64,000 nucleotides of DNA from Eledone cirrhosa (GCA_964016885.1 OZ024742.1:6200001-6264000), one strand, 5' to 3'. Counted from the first letter of the stretch, positions 24,105-39,262 are shown. Notes: generated from the letters alone by a model not told the origin. Numbers and translations: made by a program.

Positions 24105-25470
24105 CCCAACCACCACAACCACTGTTATTGCCAACCTACTACCACTACCACCACCACCATATACACCATCACCACCAACACCACCACTACTACCACGACC
24201 ACTGTTATTGCCAACCTACTACCACTACCACCACCACCATATACACCATCACCACCAACACCACCACTACCACCACAACCACTGTTATTGCCAACCTACT
24301 ACCACCACCACCACCACCATATACACCATCACCACCACCACCAACACCACCACTACTACCACGACCACTGTTATTGCCAACCTACTACCACCACCACCAC
24401 CACCATATACACCATCACCACCACCACCAACACCACCACTACCACCACAACCACTGTTATTGCCAACCTACTACCACCACCACCACCACCACCATATACA
24501 CCATCACCACCACCACCAACACCACCACTACCACCACAACCACTGTTATTGCCAACCTACTACCACCACCACCACCACCATATACACCATCACCACCACC
24601 ACCAACACCACCACTACCACCACAACCACTGTTATTGCCAACCTACTACCACCACCACCACCACCATATACACCATCACCACCACCACCACTACTACCAC
24701 CACAACCACTGTTATTGCCAACCTACTACCACCACCACCACCACCACCATATACACCATCACCACCACCACCAACACCACCACTACTACCACAACCACTG
24801 TTATTGCCAACCTACTATCACTACCACCACCACCATATACACCATCACCACCAACACCACCACTACTACCACAACCACTGTTATTGCCAACCTACTACCA
24901 CTACCACCACCACCATATACACCATCACCACCACCACCACCACTACTACTACCACAACCACTGTTATTGCCAACCTACCACCACCACTACTACTACCACA
25001 ACCACTGTTATTGCCAACCTACCACCACCACCATCACCACCATATACACCATCACCACCACCACCACTACTACTACTACCACAACCACTGTTATTGCCAA
25101 CCTACCACCACCAACACCACAATATACACCACCACCTCCACCACCACCACCACCAACACCTCCACCACCATCACCACCTCCATCACCATCACAACTACCA
25201 CCACCACCACCTCCATCATCACCACCACCACCACCACCACCTCCACCACCACCTCCACCACCACCACCACCTCCACCACCATCACCACCACCTCCATCAC
25301 CACCACCACAACCATCACCACCACCACCTCCACCACCACCACCACCACCACCACCTCCACCACCATCACCACAACCATCATCACCATCACCACCATCACC
25401 ACCACCATCACCACCACCACCTCCATCACCACCACCACCACCACCACCACCACCACCACCACCTCCACCA
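24105..25470. repeat. ~80-90-bp CCA-rich minisatellite (ACCACTGTTATTGCCAACCTACTACCACC...) decaying into (CCA)n
   Basis: CTGTTATTGCCAACC recurs ~13 times between 24122 and 25100. Confidence 0.92.
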
Positions 25471-25956
25471 ACAGGAGACAACTATATGGTCGTTTTATTT
25501 GTTAGAAATAGCAGCCCAATCTCTCCCTCAAGGATTACATAATGTAGTTGAAGATATCTCTGAAAAAGAATAGAATGGTCAGACCAGGTAAACCTGATCA
25601 CATTTCACTATGGAAGTAAGAAACCATATTATTTGGAAACAGTTGCTTCTGACAGGACCAACTCGGGGAGGGGTGTATGAGGACTCTGGCCCCACGAACC
25701 TCTCAGTGGGCCAAGAAGAAGAAGAACTAATCACTAATCTGTTTCTCATCCTCCACTTTATCCCCTTTCTCTCACCATCTTCGCCTCCTACACTTCTCCC
25801 CTTACACCTCTCCTTCTTCCTCTCCATCTCCATCCACTAACTAAAACCCTCCTTCTCTATCCCTTCTTTCTCTCATCAAACCCTATAAAAATCACTTCCA
25901 CTCTCGTCTTACAACATTAACTATTAAAACAGACAAATCTGATACCCTCTCCCGGC

Positions 25957-26497
25957 ATAGGTTAAGAATAACGTCCGCGAAAATGAAAGTGAATTTTCTG
26001 ACAAGTGAATGTGTTTGTTTTTTTTTTACAATGTAAGTTACGATACACTATTTGTTTATTTACAACAGGTCTCTATAGTGATATGGTGTTAATTAGTATT
26101 GCGTGTGTGATTATTTTCTCTTATATATATATGTGTGGGTGTGTATATGTGTGTATATATATGTGTGTCTGTATGTATATATATGTGTGTGTTTGTATAT
26201 ATATATGTGTTTGTGTCATCATCATCGTTTAGATGTTTGTGTCATCATCATCGTTTAGATGTTTTTACCCAAATCCCTCTGATGATGACACAAACACATA
26301 TATATATACAAACACACATATATATATACATACAGACACACATATATATACACACATATACACACCATATCACTATAGAGACCTGTTGTAAATAAACAAA
26401 TAGTGTATCGTAACTTTCATTGTAAAAAAAAAAAAACAAACACATTCACTTGTCAGAAAATTCACTTTCATTTTCGCGGACGTTATTCTTAACCTAT
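25957..26497. mobile_element. Fold-back cassette (arms ~25957-26222 and 26281-26497), not TA-flanked
   Basis: Reverse-complement arms; 26-bp tandem duplication at the junction; possible ACCCTCTCCC flank duplication. Confidence 0.75.
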
Positions 26498-26773
26498 ACC
26501 CCCTCTCCCCTCCTTTTCAAGGTTGTTTTTATAATTTTTTACCCTTATTCCTCCTAACCTCTGACCGAAGCCCATAAATATATTTCAGCTCTCCTCCCTC
26601 CATAAATCCTGTACACTTCTCTCTAGGCAAGATAGACATCACTAAATCCACACAACCAAGATAAGAATTCAAGCCGTTTGTCCTTTGGAAAACTAATTAC
26701 TAGAAGAGAAGAAATTCTTATCGTCACCAAATTTCCCAGACTCTCACTCTCAACCCTTTCCTTATTCTTCCAA

Positions 26774-26872
<99 letters not shown>

Positions 26873-26932
26873 TTCTCTCTCTCTTTTCACCCGTCTCTCA
26901 CCCCTCTCTATGTATGGAACACGCATACACAT

Positions 26933-27116
26933 TGGCGGCGGATTGGCAGTATCGGTAGAGGGTCGGACGCCATGCTTTCTAGCATAGTTACGCCCCTTTA
27001 CGGTCTGAGTTCAAATCCCGTCGAGGTTAACTTTACCTTTCATCCTTACGGGGTCGATAAAATAAAGTACCAGAGATGTACTGGGTATTTGATGGCCTTG
27101 TGCCAATAGTAGAAAC

Positions 27117-27120
<4 letters not shown>
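26933..27120 (+). mobile_element. tRNA-derived SINE (octopus OK-like, from recall)
   Basis: GGCGGCGGATTGGCAGTATCGGTAG A-box, GAGTTCAAATCC B-box, CTTTCATCCTTACGGGGTCGATAAAATAAAGTACCAG body; older copies at 34385-34505, 37627-37765, 39868-39952 (-), 20612-20665 (-) and 15675-15720 (-). Confidence 0.8.
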
Positions 27121-27150
<30 letters not shown>

Positions 27151-27155
<5 letters not shown>

Positions 27156-27354
27156 AAAAGAGTCAGAATCCCGACTGCAGAGCTCAAGCCGTTTCGACAG
27201 CTATTTCTGGACTGGAGTCCAGAAATAGCTGTCAAAACGGCTTGAGCTCTGCCTTCGGGGTTCTGACTATTTTCCTATTACCCACTCTACTACCCAAAGT
27301 ATCGAGTACTCTGGTGAGTTATGGTCCACCTGGTTCCTTACCACACTACCTTCG

Positions 27355-27357
<3 letters not shown>
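27151..27357. mobile_element. TA-bounded hairpin cassette, same family as 6330-7352
   Basis: Arms 27151-27213 and 27216-27278 with a 2-nt loop; right extension matches the reverse complement of 6330-6412. Confidence 0.85.
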
Positions 27358-27391
<34 letters not shown>

Positions 27392-27585
27392 GATAAATCT
27401 ACCAAGAGTTTACGGTAGTGCCCAATCCGTATGAAGAACTCAATGTAATCCGGATATCATGGAAAGAAGAGATGCATTCAAAAATCACTTTCGGTGAAAG
27501 ATAAACGGAATACAGAGTCAAGATAAAATATTAAGAAAATAATGAATAAAACAATGAAACAGTTTCTTATATTAAACAAAAAAAG

Positions 27586-27738
27586 TTCATTATTTAACGA
27601 TCGTTTCTAGGACATATATGTGTTAGAATTGGCATGCATATTCAACAGATCTATGTACAAAATTATACAAAATTATACAAACTATCAAATATAATATACA
27701 TACCAACACATACATATGCCGTCTTCAGAAATAATGAA
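27586..27738 (-). ncRNA. Type I hammerhead (mirror of 33864-34016)
   Basis: Reverse complement of the plus-strand motif. Confidence 0.82.
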
Positions 27739-28086
27739 ATATATTTATTGATAATAACAACAATTCAAAATTACAGGTCTGTTTGAGAACAGAGTTCAAA
27801 TTGACCAATGAAATACACAAAAATATATCAAGAAAATACAGTTAGATGTGTGTATATATGTAAGTAACTTCGTTCACAGATATGCATAAAAATATATGTT
27901 CACATGCATACGCATGTCGAAAAAATGTATGTAAATACAAAAATTCAGGGCTAATGTCTCTGTATGTTTATAATCTACAGATAAAATACACATACGCATA
28001 TAAACATATATACATTTATATATACACACATATACATACATTCATACACACACGCGCATATACACATAAACATACACATACCCACG

Positions 28087-28169
<83 letters not shown>

Positions 28170-28393
28170 GTATATATTATTATTATAACTATATGGATAT
28201 TAAGGCGCACACATAAACACTGCCACATATATTTACATCTAGATGCAGAAGTAGGTAAAGGGGGTCAGTAATTACTAAGGGTGTCAGACAACTGCCTATT
28301 TATAAAATGTATCTATAAATTTAGAAATAAAAAGAAATATATTAAAAAGAAATAAACAGGTAAAATATATACTCATACATAAAATACACACCG

Positions 28394-28462
<69 letters not shown>

Positions 28463-28805
28463 TACATTTATATATAGAGACACATACATATACATATATA
28501 AATACATAGACACATATACATACACACATATATATATACATATATTCACAACACACATATATATATACACATATATGTACATACACATACACACATACAT
28601 ACATATACATATATACATATACACACATATATACACACATATATACACATATATATATATATACATACACGCACATATATATACACACACACACACATAC
28701 ATATACGTATATATACACACACATACACATATCCATGTATGTATATACACATACAACCACACGCTCACACACAACTCAGACATACATAAATAAAGAGATA
28801 TACAT

Positions 28806-28844
<39 letters not shown>

Positions 28845-28897
28845 TATATACATACACATAAATATATATACACACACACACACACATATACATACAC

Positions 28898-29016
<119 letters not shown>

Positions 29017-29159
29017 CATACAGTCAGACAATTATGCACACATATATATATATACATACACACATCTCTACAAATATATATACACATACACACGCACACA
29101 TACATATATACATACACACATATATATATATATAGACATATATATACACATATATATAC

Positions 29160-29208
<49 letters not shown>

Positions 29209-29846
29209 CATACACACTTATTTACATGCGCACATATGTATTTTTATACTCACATACAAACACCCAAACATACATACATACTTACATACACATACATCCA
29301 CGCTTACAAATACAAATAATTATAGGGGGGGAGGGGATTAACATTATTAGTGGGAAATAGTAAAGATAGGTTTCAAGGAACATAGAATATTAATCTGCAT
29401 TTAGATCATAATATGTGTTTACATAGTAGTTTCAGTATTAGGAAATGTAAGAAAGAAGGCAAAATTATGCATTTTAATATAAGTAGACTATTAATTATAG
29501 GTTAACTAAATTAAAAATAGTTAATATATTGATTTCTAAGGTGTATACTACTTAGGTTTATAATATTTGAAGCGGAATTTTGAAGTTAAACAGTAGTATT
29601 GTATTAATTATAGCATAACTAAATTAAAAATATTAACATTATGGTATCAATATTAGGAAATGAATTTAGTAATAGGGAAAACCAAATCAAGTATTTCATC
29701 GGTAGTAGAATATAAATTATAGGTTAACTAAATTAAAAACTATATATTAATTTCTATAGTATATGTTAATTTGGTTTATAATAATTAAAGCAGATTTTGT
29801 ATTTTATCTATAGTAGAATATAATTATAGGTTAACAAAAATTAAAA

Positions 29847-29886
<40 letters not shown>

Positions 29887-30503
29887 ATTGTAAAGAATAT
29901 ATTAATTAGGTATATATTTAAAAGTTTATCTCAGTTTATGATTATATGATATTCTGCAATCCATCTGTATTAGAATTTTAATTTTTGAGCTAATTAAATT
30001 AAAATTATAGGTTAACTAAATTAAAATTAATTTATTAATAAATTTCTAAATTGTACATTAATTAGGTTTATAATATTAACAAATATTTCTCTGTTATTGA
30101 TTACACGATATTTTGTTATATTTCATCTGTAAAGGAATTTTAATAAAAGGTTAAATAAATTAAAATTAATCTATAAATTAATTTACAAAGTATATATTAA
30201 TTATGTTAATAATATTTAAAAGTTTTTCACAATTTATGATTACACAATATTTTTTAATTTCATCTGTAGTAGAATTTTAATTAAATTAAAGTTATAGGTT
30301 AACTACATTTAAATTAAATTATATATTAATTTCTAAAATATAAATTATTAATTAGGTTTATAATATTTAAATGTTTTTCTCAGTTTATGATTACACGATA
30401 TAATTAATTCCTGTCGCTTATTTAATAGGATATCCTTAGATTTCATTATTTCAAATAGTTCTTGGGAACATAATCTACTAAATTAATAAATATAACTAAA
30501 AAT

Positions 30504-31274
30504 GTGCGTGGTGAGGTCATTAACATTAATCCTCCTAGTAAACATCACGATACAACCTATAAAAATAATAAACAACATAGAAACCGTAATAGACGAGTTA
30601 CTTGGTATAATGCCCCATTTAATTTACAAATTAAGGATAATATTGCTAAAAAATTTTTTTATATCCTAGAGAAAAACTTCCCGCCAAACCACAAATACCA
30701 TCAAATCTTAAATAGGTCAACAGTTAAATTCTCATACTCAACAACCAAAAACATAAAACAAAATATAAGTGCCTATAATGCATATAAATGTAAAAATACC
30801 ATAAGTATACCACCAATAGATCAAACTAACCATAATATCTCCTCAAATACAGAATTAACGAAAGGTTGTAACTGTAGAAACAAAACAAACTGCCCATTAA
30901 AAGGAAATTGTCTTGTTAACAACATAGTTTATAAATGTAAAGTTAAAACTAAAGATTCTATTTGCTCATATATAGGAGCTACTTCTAACAATTTTAAGGT
31001 AAGGTTTAATACCCACAAACATAGTTTTAAAAATGCCGCACTGGCTAATACAACATCTCTAGCAGAAAAAATTAATAGTTATAGAAATAAGAATATAGAA
31101 TATGATATGACCTGGAGTGTGCTCAAAAATAATAGAAATGAATGTAGATTATGTTCCCAAAAACTATTTGAAATAATGAAATCTAAGGATATCCTATTAA
31201 ATAAGCGACAGGAATTAATTATATCGTGTAATCATAAACTGAGAAAAACATTTAAATATTATAAACCTAATTAA
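30504..31274 (+). CDS. Penelope-like retroelement C-terminus: post-RT linker, Cys-rich motif and GIY-YIG endonuclease (5'-truncated, no RT)
   Basis: VTWYNAPF..NIAKKF..FPPNHKYHQILNRSTVKFSYS; CNCRNKTNCPLKGNCL; NIVY..YIGAT..FKVRFNTHKHSF; CRLC; LNKRQEL..CNH. Confidence 0.9.
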   Translation: MRGEVININPPSKHHDTTYKNNKQHRNRNRRVTWYNAPFNLQIKDNIAKKFFYILEKNFPPNHKYHQILNRSTVKFSYSTTKNIKQNISAYNAYKCKNTISIPPIDQTNHNISSNTELTKGCNCRNKTNCPLKGNCLVNNIVYKCKVKTKDSICSYIGATSNNFKVRFNTHKHSFKNAALANTTSLAEKINSYRNKNIEYDMTWSVLKNNRNECRLCSQKLFEIMKSKDILLNKRQELIISCNHKLRKTFKYYKPN

Positions 31275-32407
31275 TAATTTATATTTTAGAAATTAATATA
31301 TAATTTAATTTAAATGTAGTTAACCCATAACTTTAATTTAATTAAAATTCTACTACAGATGAGATTAAAAAATATTGTGTAATCATAAATTGTGAAAAAC
31401 TTTTAAATATTATTAACATAATTAATATATACTTTGTAAATTAATTTATAGATTAATTTTAATTTATTTAACCTTTTATTAAAATTCCTTTACAGATGAA
31501 ATATAACAAAATATCGTGTAATCAATGACAGAGAAATATTTTTTAATATTATAAACCTAATTAATGTACAATTTAGAAATTTATTTATAAATTAATTTTA
31601 ATTTAGTTAACCTATAATTTTAATTTAATTAGCTCAAAAATTAAAATTCTAATACAGATGGATTGCAGAATATCATGTAATCATAAACTGAGATAAACTT
31701 TTAAATATATACCTAATTAATATATTCTTTACAATTAAATATATATATATATATATATATTAATTTTAATTTTTGTTAACCTATAATTATATTCTACTAT
31801 AGATAAAATACAAAATCTGCTTTAATTATTATAAACCTAATTAACATATACTATAGAAATTAATATATAATTTTTAATTTAGTTAACCTATAATTTATAT
31901 TCTACTACCGATGAAATACTTGATTTGGTTTTCCCTATTACTAAATTCATTTCCTAATATTGATACCATAATGTTAATATTTTTAATTTAGTTATGCTAT
32001 AATTAATACTCTACTACTGTTTAACTTCAAAATTCCGCTTCAAATATTATAAACCTAAGTAGTATACACCTTAGAAATCAATATATGAACTATTTTTAAT
32101 TTAGTTAACCTATAATTAATAGTCTACTTATATTAAAATGCATAATTTTGCCTTCTTTGTTACATTTCCTAATACTGAAACTACTATGTAAACACATATT
32201 ATGATCTAAATGCAGATTAATATTCTATGTTCCTTGAAACCTATCTTTACTATTTCCCACTAATAATTTTAATACCCCCCCCCTATAATTATTTGTATTT
32301 GTAAGCGTGGATGTATGTATGTGTATGTAAGTATGTATGTATGTTTGGGTGTTTGTATGTGAGTATAAAAATACATATGTGCGCATGTAAATAAATGTGT
32401 ATGATTG

Positions 32408-32460
<53 letters not shown>

Positions 32461-32612
32461 GTGTATATATATGTCTATATATATATATGTGTGTATGTAT
32501 ATATGTATGTGTGCGTGTGTATGTGTATATATATTTGTAGAGATGTGTGTATGTATATATATATATGTGTGCATAATTGTCTGACTGTATGTATTTATTT
32601 ATTTCTTTATTT

Positions 32613-32686
<74 letters not shown>

Positions 32687-32741
32687 GTGTATGTATATGT
32701 GTGTGTGTGTGTGTGTATATATTTATGTGTATGTATATATC

Positions 32742-32774
<33 letters not shown>

Positions 32775-33141
32775 ATGTATATCTCTTTATTTATGTATGT
32801 CTGAGTTGTGTGTGAGCGTGTGGTTGTATGTGTATATACATACATGGATATGTGTATGTGTGTGTATATATACGTATATGTATGTGTGTGTGTGTGTATA
32901 TATATGTGCGTGTATGTATATATATATATATGTGTATATATGTGTGTATATATATGTGTGTATATGTATATATGTATATGTATGTATGTGTGTATGTGTA
33001 TGTACATATATGTGTATATATATATGTGTGTTGTGAATATATGTATATATATATGTGTGTATGTATATGTGTCTATGTATTTATATATGTATATGTATGT
33101 GTCTCTATATATAAATGTATGTATATATATATATATATGTA

Positions 33142-33244
<103 letters not shown>

Positions 33245-33468
33245 CGGTGTGTATTTTATGTATGAGTATATATTTTACCTGTTTATCTCTTTTTAATATA
33301 TTTCTTTTTATTTCTAAATTTATAGATACATTTTATAAATAGGCAGTTGTCTGACACCCTTAGTAATTACTGACCCCCTTTACCTACTTCTGCATCTAGA
33401 TGTAAATATATGTGGCAGTGTTTATGTGTGCGCCTTAATATCCATATAGTTATAATAATAATATATAC

Positions 33469-33514
<46 letters not shown>

Positions 33515-33863
33515 TCGTGGGTATGTGTATGTTTATGTGTATATGCGCGTGTGTGTATGAATGTATGTATATGTGTGTATATATAAATGTATATATGTTT
33601 ATATACGTATGTGTATTTTCTCTGTAGATTATAAACATACAGAGACATTAGCCCTGAATTTTTGTATTTACATACATTTTTTCGACATGCGTATGCATGT
33701 GAACATATATTTTTATGCATATCTGTGAACGAAGTTACTTACATATATACACACATCTAACTGTATTTTCTTGATATATTTTTGTGTATTTCATTGGTCA
33801 ATTTGAACTCTGTTCCCAAACAGACCTGTAATTTTGAATTGTTGTTATTATCAATAAATATAT

Positions 33864-34016
33864 TTCATTATTTCTGAAGACGGCATATGTATGTGTTGGT
33901 ATGTATATTATATTTGATAGTTTGTATAATTTTGTATAATTTTGTACATAGATCTGTTGAATATGCATGCCAATTCTAACACATATATGTCCTAGAAACG
34001 ATCGTTAAATAATGAA
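33864..34016 (+). ncRNA. Type I hammerhead ribozyme with ~115-nt domain II
   Basis: Perfect 10-bp stem I TTCATTATTT/AAATAATGAA; CTGAAGA at 33874; GAAA at 33995; palindrome AACGATCGTT; GUU triplet ending at 34006. Confidence 0.85.
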
Positions 34017-34934
34017 CTTTTTTTGTTAATATAAGGAACTGTTTCATTGTTTTATTCATTATTTTTTTAATATTTTATATATATATATATATTTTTTTGT
34101 CGATCAACTTTCATCAAATCTGACCGAGGAAACAATGTTTCCATTGGTCTTTCCAGTTGCTAGTACTATCTATCGGTGGCAACTCCAGTTTGAAATTAGT
34201 TAGACCATTACTAAACAGAGTTCTCAATACTTGGTGTAGTAGGGTATGGTGATATTATAAACATTAAAATATTCCTACTTGATCAAATCAAGTAGGAAAA
34301 TTTTACGTGGTCACTGAACCTGTTAGAAATAGGAACCATATCTCCCACAGTTATGTATGCCTTGAAGGTTTTTGTAGCTTTTTACGTTCTGAGTTGGAAT
34401 CTCTTCGAGGTTACATTTTCGTTTCATCCTTTCTTGGTCGATGAAATAAGTTTCCCTCCTCCTCTCCACCAAATATCTGGCGTTCTACCTATGTTAGAAA
34501 CAATTTTATCAAATGCCTGACAATTGCATCATCGTGTTGGTCGTTCATATGAATGAGATTCTAGTTTACTAATGTTTCAACGAGATTGTTCCGTATGGAT
34601 TATTTGGCTCAGAAATTTAATTTTTCTTCCAACAACAGCATATATAATTATATCCCCATATAGTTAGTCGAGAAACTAAAATTCCTTTCTATTGTTACCT
34701 CATCGAAATGTTCTGTAAATCAGTCAGGAAAGTGTGTACACATGAATTATCTGTAAATAAACTGCGAGATTGCTATGTAAATGTTTGAATACTTTTCAAG
34801 TTTATGTTCCGGGGGGGGGGGGGGGGCTTCGTTTCCATTTCACTGCATAGTAATCACAATTCCCTAACAATTCAGTTGAAAATATCACCTAGATTCTAAG
34901 ACTATTCAACAGAATTCGTAATATAATCGGCTTG

Positions 34935-35160
34935 TCACCCCACAGCCCCGGCAGACAGAATGGAGAAGGCGTTTCCCCGAAGGACGGCAAGGGAGGTGGG
35001 CTGGAAAAGCCACTCCAGCTCGCGAGGCTTACACCTGCGGCTGGCCAGCTCAACGCCTATGGTGGTGAGTAGGGAGGTAGCCCTAGGGCCGAGGACACAA
35101 GAAGCCTTAACTGCAAAGGGTACAACCGCAAACCTGTCGGAGGGCGACCGGTATTTGAAA
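34935..35160 (-). pseudogene. CRE-like (restriction-like endonuclease) non-LTR retrotransposon C-terminal fragment
   Basis: KYRSPSDRFAVVPFAVKASCVLGPRATSLL..IG..LA...PRE..WLFQ..SLAVLRGNA.SIL matches the KY...F.PFA.E..G..G...FQR.S.A..RGNA pattern. Confidence 0.75.
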
Positions 35161-37583
35161 AGATACCAGGAGTTACAAGATACCTTGAGTGACAAGATAC
35201 ATTGAGTGACAAGATACCTCGAGTGACAAGATACCTTGAGTGACAAGATACCAGGAGTGACAAGATAACATGAGTGACAAGATACCTCGAGTGACAAGAT
35301 ACCAGGAGTGACAAGATACCTTGAGTGGCAAGATACTATGAGTGACAAGATACTATGAGTGACAAGATACCAGGAGTGACAAGATACCAGGCGTGACAAG
35401 ATACTATGAGTGACAAGATTCCTTGAGTGACAAGATGCCATGAGTGACAAGATACCATGAGTGACTAGATACTATGAGTGACAAGATACCAGGAGTGACA
35501 AGATACCATGAGTGACAAGATACCAGGAGTGACAAGATACCTTGAGTAACATGATACCATGTGTGCCAGATACTAGGAGTGACAAGATACCTTGTGTGAC
35601 AAGTTACCATGAGTGACAAGATACCAGGAGTGACAAGTTACTATGAGTGACAAGATATCAGGAGTGACTAGATACTAAAAATAACAAGATATCTTGAGTG
35701 AGAAGATACTATAAGTGACAATATACAATGAGTGACAATATACTATGAGTGACAAGATGCTATGAGTGACGTGACAAGATACTATGAGTGACAAGTTACT
35801 ATGAGTGACAAGATACTATGAGTGATATGAGTGACAAGATACCAGGAGTGACAAGATATCTTGAGTGACAAGATACCACGAATGACAAGATACCTCGAGT
35901 GACAAGATACCTTGAGTGACAAGATACCATGAGTGACAAGATACCATGAGTGACAAGAAACTATGAGTGAAAAGATACCTTGAGTGACAAGATACCTTGA
36001 GTGACAAGATACCAGGAGTGACAAGATACCAGGAGTTACAAGATACCTTGAGTGACAAGTTACCATGAGTGACAAAATACCTCGAGTGACAAGATACCTC
36101 GAGTGACAATATACCAGGAGTGACAAGATACCATGAGTGACAAGATACCTCGAGTGACAAGGTACCAGGAGTGACAAGATACCTCGAGTGACAAGGTACC
36201 AGGAGTGACAAGATACCAGGAGTGACAAGATACCAGGAGTGACAAGATACCATGAGTGACAAGATGCCATGAATGACAAGATACCATGAGTGACAAGATG
36301 CCATGAATGACAAGATACCATGAGTGACTAGATACTTTGAGTGACAAGATGCCATGTGTGATAAAATACAACGAGTGAAAAGATACCAGGAGTGACAAGA
36401 TACCATGAGTGACAAGATACCAAGAGTGACAAGATACCTTGAGTGACATGATACCAGGAGTGACAGATTCTAGGAGTGACACGATACCATGAGTGACAAC
36501 ATACTTCGAGTGACAATGTACCAGGAGTAACAAGATACCTTGAGTGACAAGATACCAGGAGTGACAAGATACCACGAGTGACAAGATACCAGGAGTGACA
36601 AGATACCTTGAGTGACAAGATACTATGAGTGACAACATATTATGAGTGACGAGATACTATGAGTGACAAGATACCAGGAGTGACAAGATACTAGGAGTGA
36701 CAATATACTTTGAGTGACAAGATTCCTTGAGTGACAAGATACTATGAGTGACAAGATACCAGGGGTGACAAGATACCATGAGTGACAAGATGCCAAGTGT
36801 GACTAGATACCATGAGTAACTAGATACTTTGAGTGACAAGATACCATGTGTGATAAAATACAACGAGTGACAAGATACCAGGAGGGACAAGATACCATGA
36901 GTGACAAGATACCAAGAGTGACAATATACCTTGAGTGACATGATACCAGGAGTGACATATACTAGGAGAGACAAGATACCTTGAGTGACAAGATACCAGG
37001 AGTGACAAGATACTTCGAGTGACAAGATTCTATGAGTGACAAGATACCTCGAGTGACAAGATACCAGGAGTGACAAGATACCTTGAGTGACAAGCCTCCT
37101 TGGGTGACAAGATACCTGAGTGACAAGAGACTATGAGTGAGAAGTTATCATGAGTAACAAGATACCTTGAGTGACAAGATAACATGATTGACAAGATACT
37201 ATGAGTGACAAGATTCTATGAGTGACAAGTTACCTCGAGTGACAAGTTACCAGGAGTGACAAGATACCTCGAGTGACAAGATATCTTGAGTGACAAGATA
37301 TCAGGAGTGACAAGATATCTTGAGTGACAAGATACCAGGTGTGACATGATACTATGAGTGACAAGATACTATGAGTGACAATATACTATGAGTGACAAGA
37401 TAATATGAGTGACAAGATACCAGGTGTGACAAGATACTATGAGTGACAGATACTAGGAGTGACAAGATACTATGAGTGACAAGATACTATGAGTGACAAG
37501 ATACTATGAGTGACAATATACCAGGTGTGACAAGATACTATGAGTGACAAGATACCAGGTGTAACAAGATACTATGAGTGACA
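35161..37583. repeat. 17-bp minisatellite GAGTGACAAGATAC-NNN, ~140 copies
   Basis: Near-constant 14-mer with a variable triplet; 17-aa periodicity in the translated frames. Confidence 0.95.
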
Positions 37584-38984
37584 AAAGGTTGAAATAGAAC
37601 AAGGCTACAGTAATAGATATGTAATATGGCGGCGAACGTCAGATAGAAGGTTTTGTGGTTTTAGTTCCGGCTCTCAGCTGCGTCAGTTTAAATCCAGCAG
37701 AATTCACCTTTGCATTTCATCCGTTTGAAGTCAATAAAAAGTACCAGTCTAATACTGGGGTTGATTCTTCCTCTATATCTCTTTCTCACTTCCATTCTCT
37801 CACTTTCTATCTGCTGTATTCAGACCTGGAGAGGAGATGGACTCTGCCAGGGTTAAAAATGTCCAAGAAATGCTGTATGGTAATACGGTGCCCCAACGAC
37901 TCCCTAATAAGAGCTACGGAGCCGTACCATACTACATCAATGGATTTACATACAGATGACACATTATATTTGATAGTTTTTCGAATGTTCTCTTCATATA
38001 TATATCGGCCTTATGTATTGAAACCGTTACTTCCGTATGGAAGAGAACATAGAATATATACTATTCAGTTTAAGTTTATCTATCCAGAAAAAGCCCCCCC
38101 CCCCCCCCCCCGCAAAAAAAAACAAGTCTAAATTTTATCGACATAAAACATTTGAAATATTAAAACCTCTCATTGAAATCTTGACCATATATCTCAGAAC
38201 TGGACTATAAGAAAATACGACTCAGTTTAGTTAACCTGAAAGAAACTGTGTTTCTTTATGTTTAATACAGTGGGACACATCAAAAGCCTGTTTCGAAAAG
38301 AAATATAGAAATATTTTCCTCTGAATTCCCTTGGTTTTGTTCGTTTTAGTTTATCATCTATTGAAGATTCTACAAAATTATCTCAAAGAATGTAATATAT
38401 ACCCCTTTACACAATCCAAATCTAACCTTTGCCCCGGTTTTACATTGGAAATCCTTTGAGACTGGCATGAAACGAACTACTATGATACATGAAATCTGTA
38501 TAAATACTTTACGTGAAAGGTTTACTATCCTGGAATATATAAAGAGTAAAATAAACGAATCAATAGAATATCTTATGTACATTTTGAATTACATTTTTAC
38601 TTCCAGGTTTCAAATATCGAATAAAATGAAGAATTCACAAACTTGGCAACTGCAAGTTTACAAATATATCCCTTCTGTGTTGAAGTTAAATGTTTAATTA
38701 TTATCTTATTAACGATGTCACTTCGAGAGTATTTAAGGAGATTTTTTAATGGCATCAGAGGTGAAAGTAGTAAGCAACTTCTAGGAGAGTGGGACAGTAG
38801 AAAGGCTTCAGATACTGAAGCCCCCCTCCTCCTGCCACTCAAACAAGGGTTTCGGCTTTTAAATGATCTGGAAGGACTATTTTGGAAGAAATCGGTAATA
38901 CAGATAATGAGATAGCTTGATTGATATTTCATAACTCAGCTGTTGTAATGGAAGTTAAATTTACAATTTAAGCGTTTTAATGGC

Positions 38985-39262
38985 CTGTTTTATATATTAT
39001 TTAATGGCACTTTATTACAAAGATGCATACATTATCTATTATTTAATGGTATACTCCATATATTATCTAATGACATACTTTATATATTATTTACTGACAT
39101 ACGTTATCTATTATTTAATGGTTTACATTATCTATTATTTAATGGTCTACTTTATCTATTATTTAATTCTCTACATTATCTATTATTTAATTGTCTACTT
39201 TATCTAGTATTTAATGGCATACCATATATATGATTTAATGGCCTACTCTATATATTATTTAA
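38985..39262. repeat. 24-bp AT-rich minisatellite (TATTATTTAATGGTNTACNTTATC), ~11 copies
   Basis: 8-aa YYLM periodicity in ORF 38980-39207. Confidence 0.85.

Noticed and set aside
24030-25573. Three overlapping 440-490-aa extensin/mucin-like ORFs
   Set aside because: All three frames are open because the CCA-rich minisatellite lacks stops; unit lengths shift frame
26279-26470. Hammerhead CTGATGA-TGACA...TGTCA-GAAA
   Set aside because: Core and stem II base are present but stems I and III do not pair convincingly
35161-37583. CRISPR-like array or repeat-protein ORFs
   Set aside because: Variable part is only 3 nt, no unique spacers or cas genes, eukaryotic context; the 17-bp unit is not a codon multiple
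38370-38932. Possible host exons (overlapping 70-111-aa ORFs)
   Set aside because: No recognisable domain or convincing splice pattern; needs RNA-seq or BLAST
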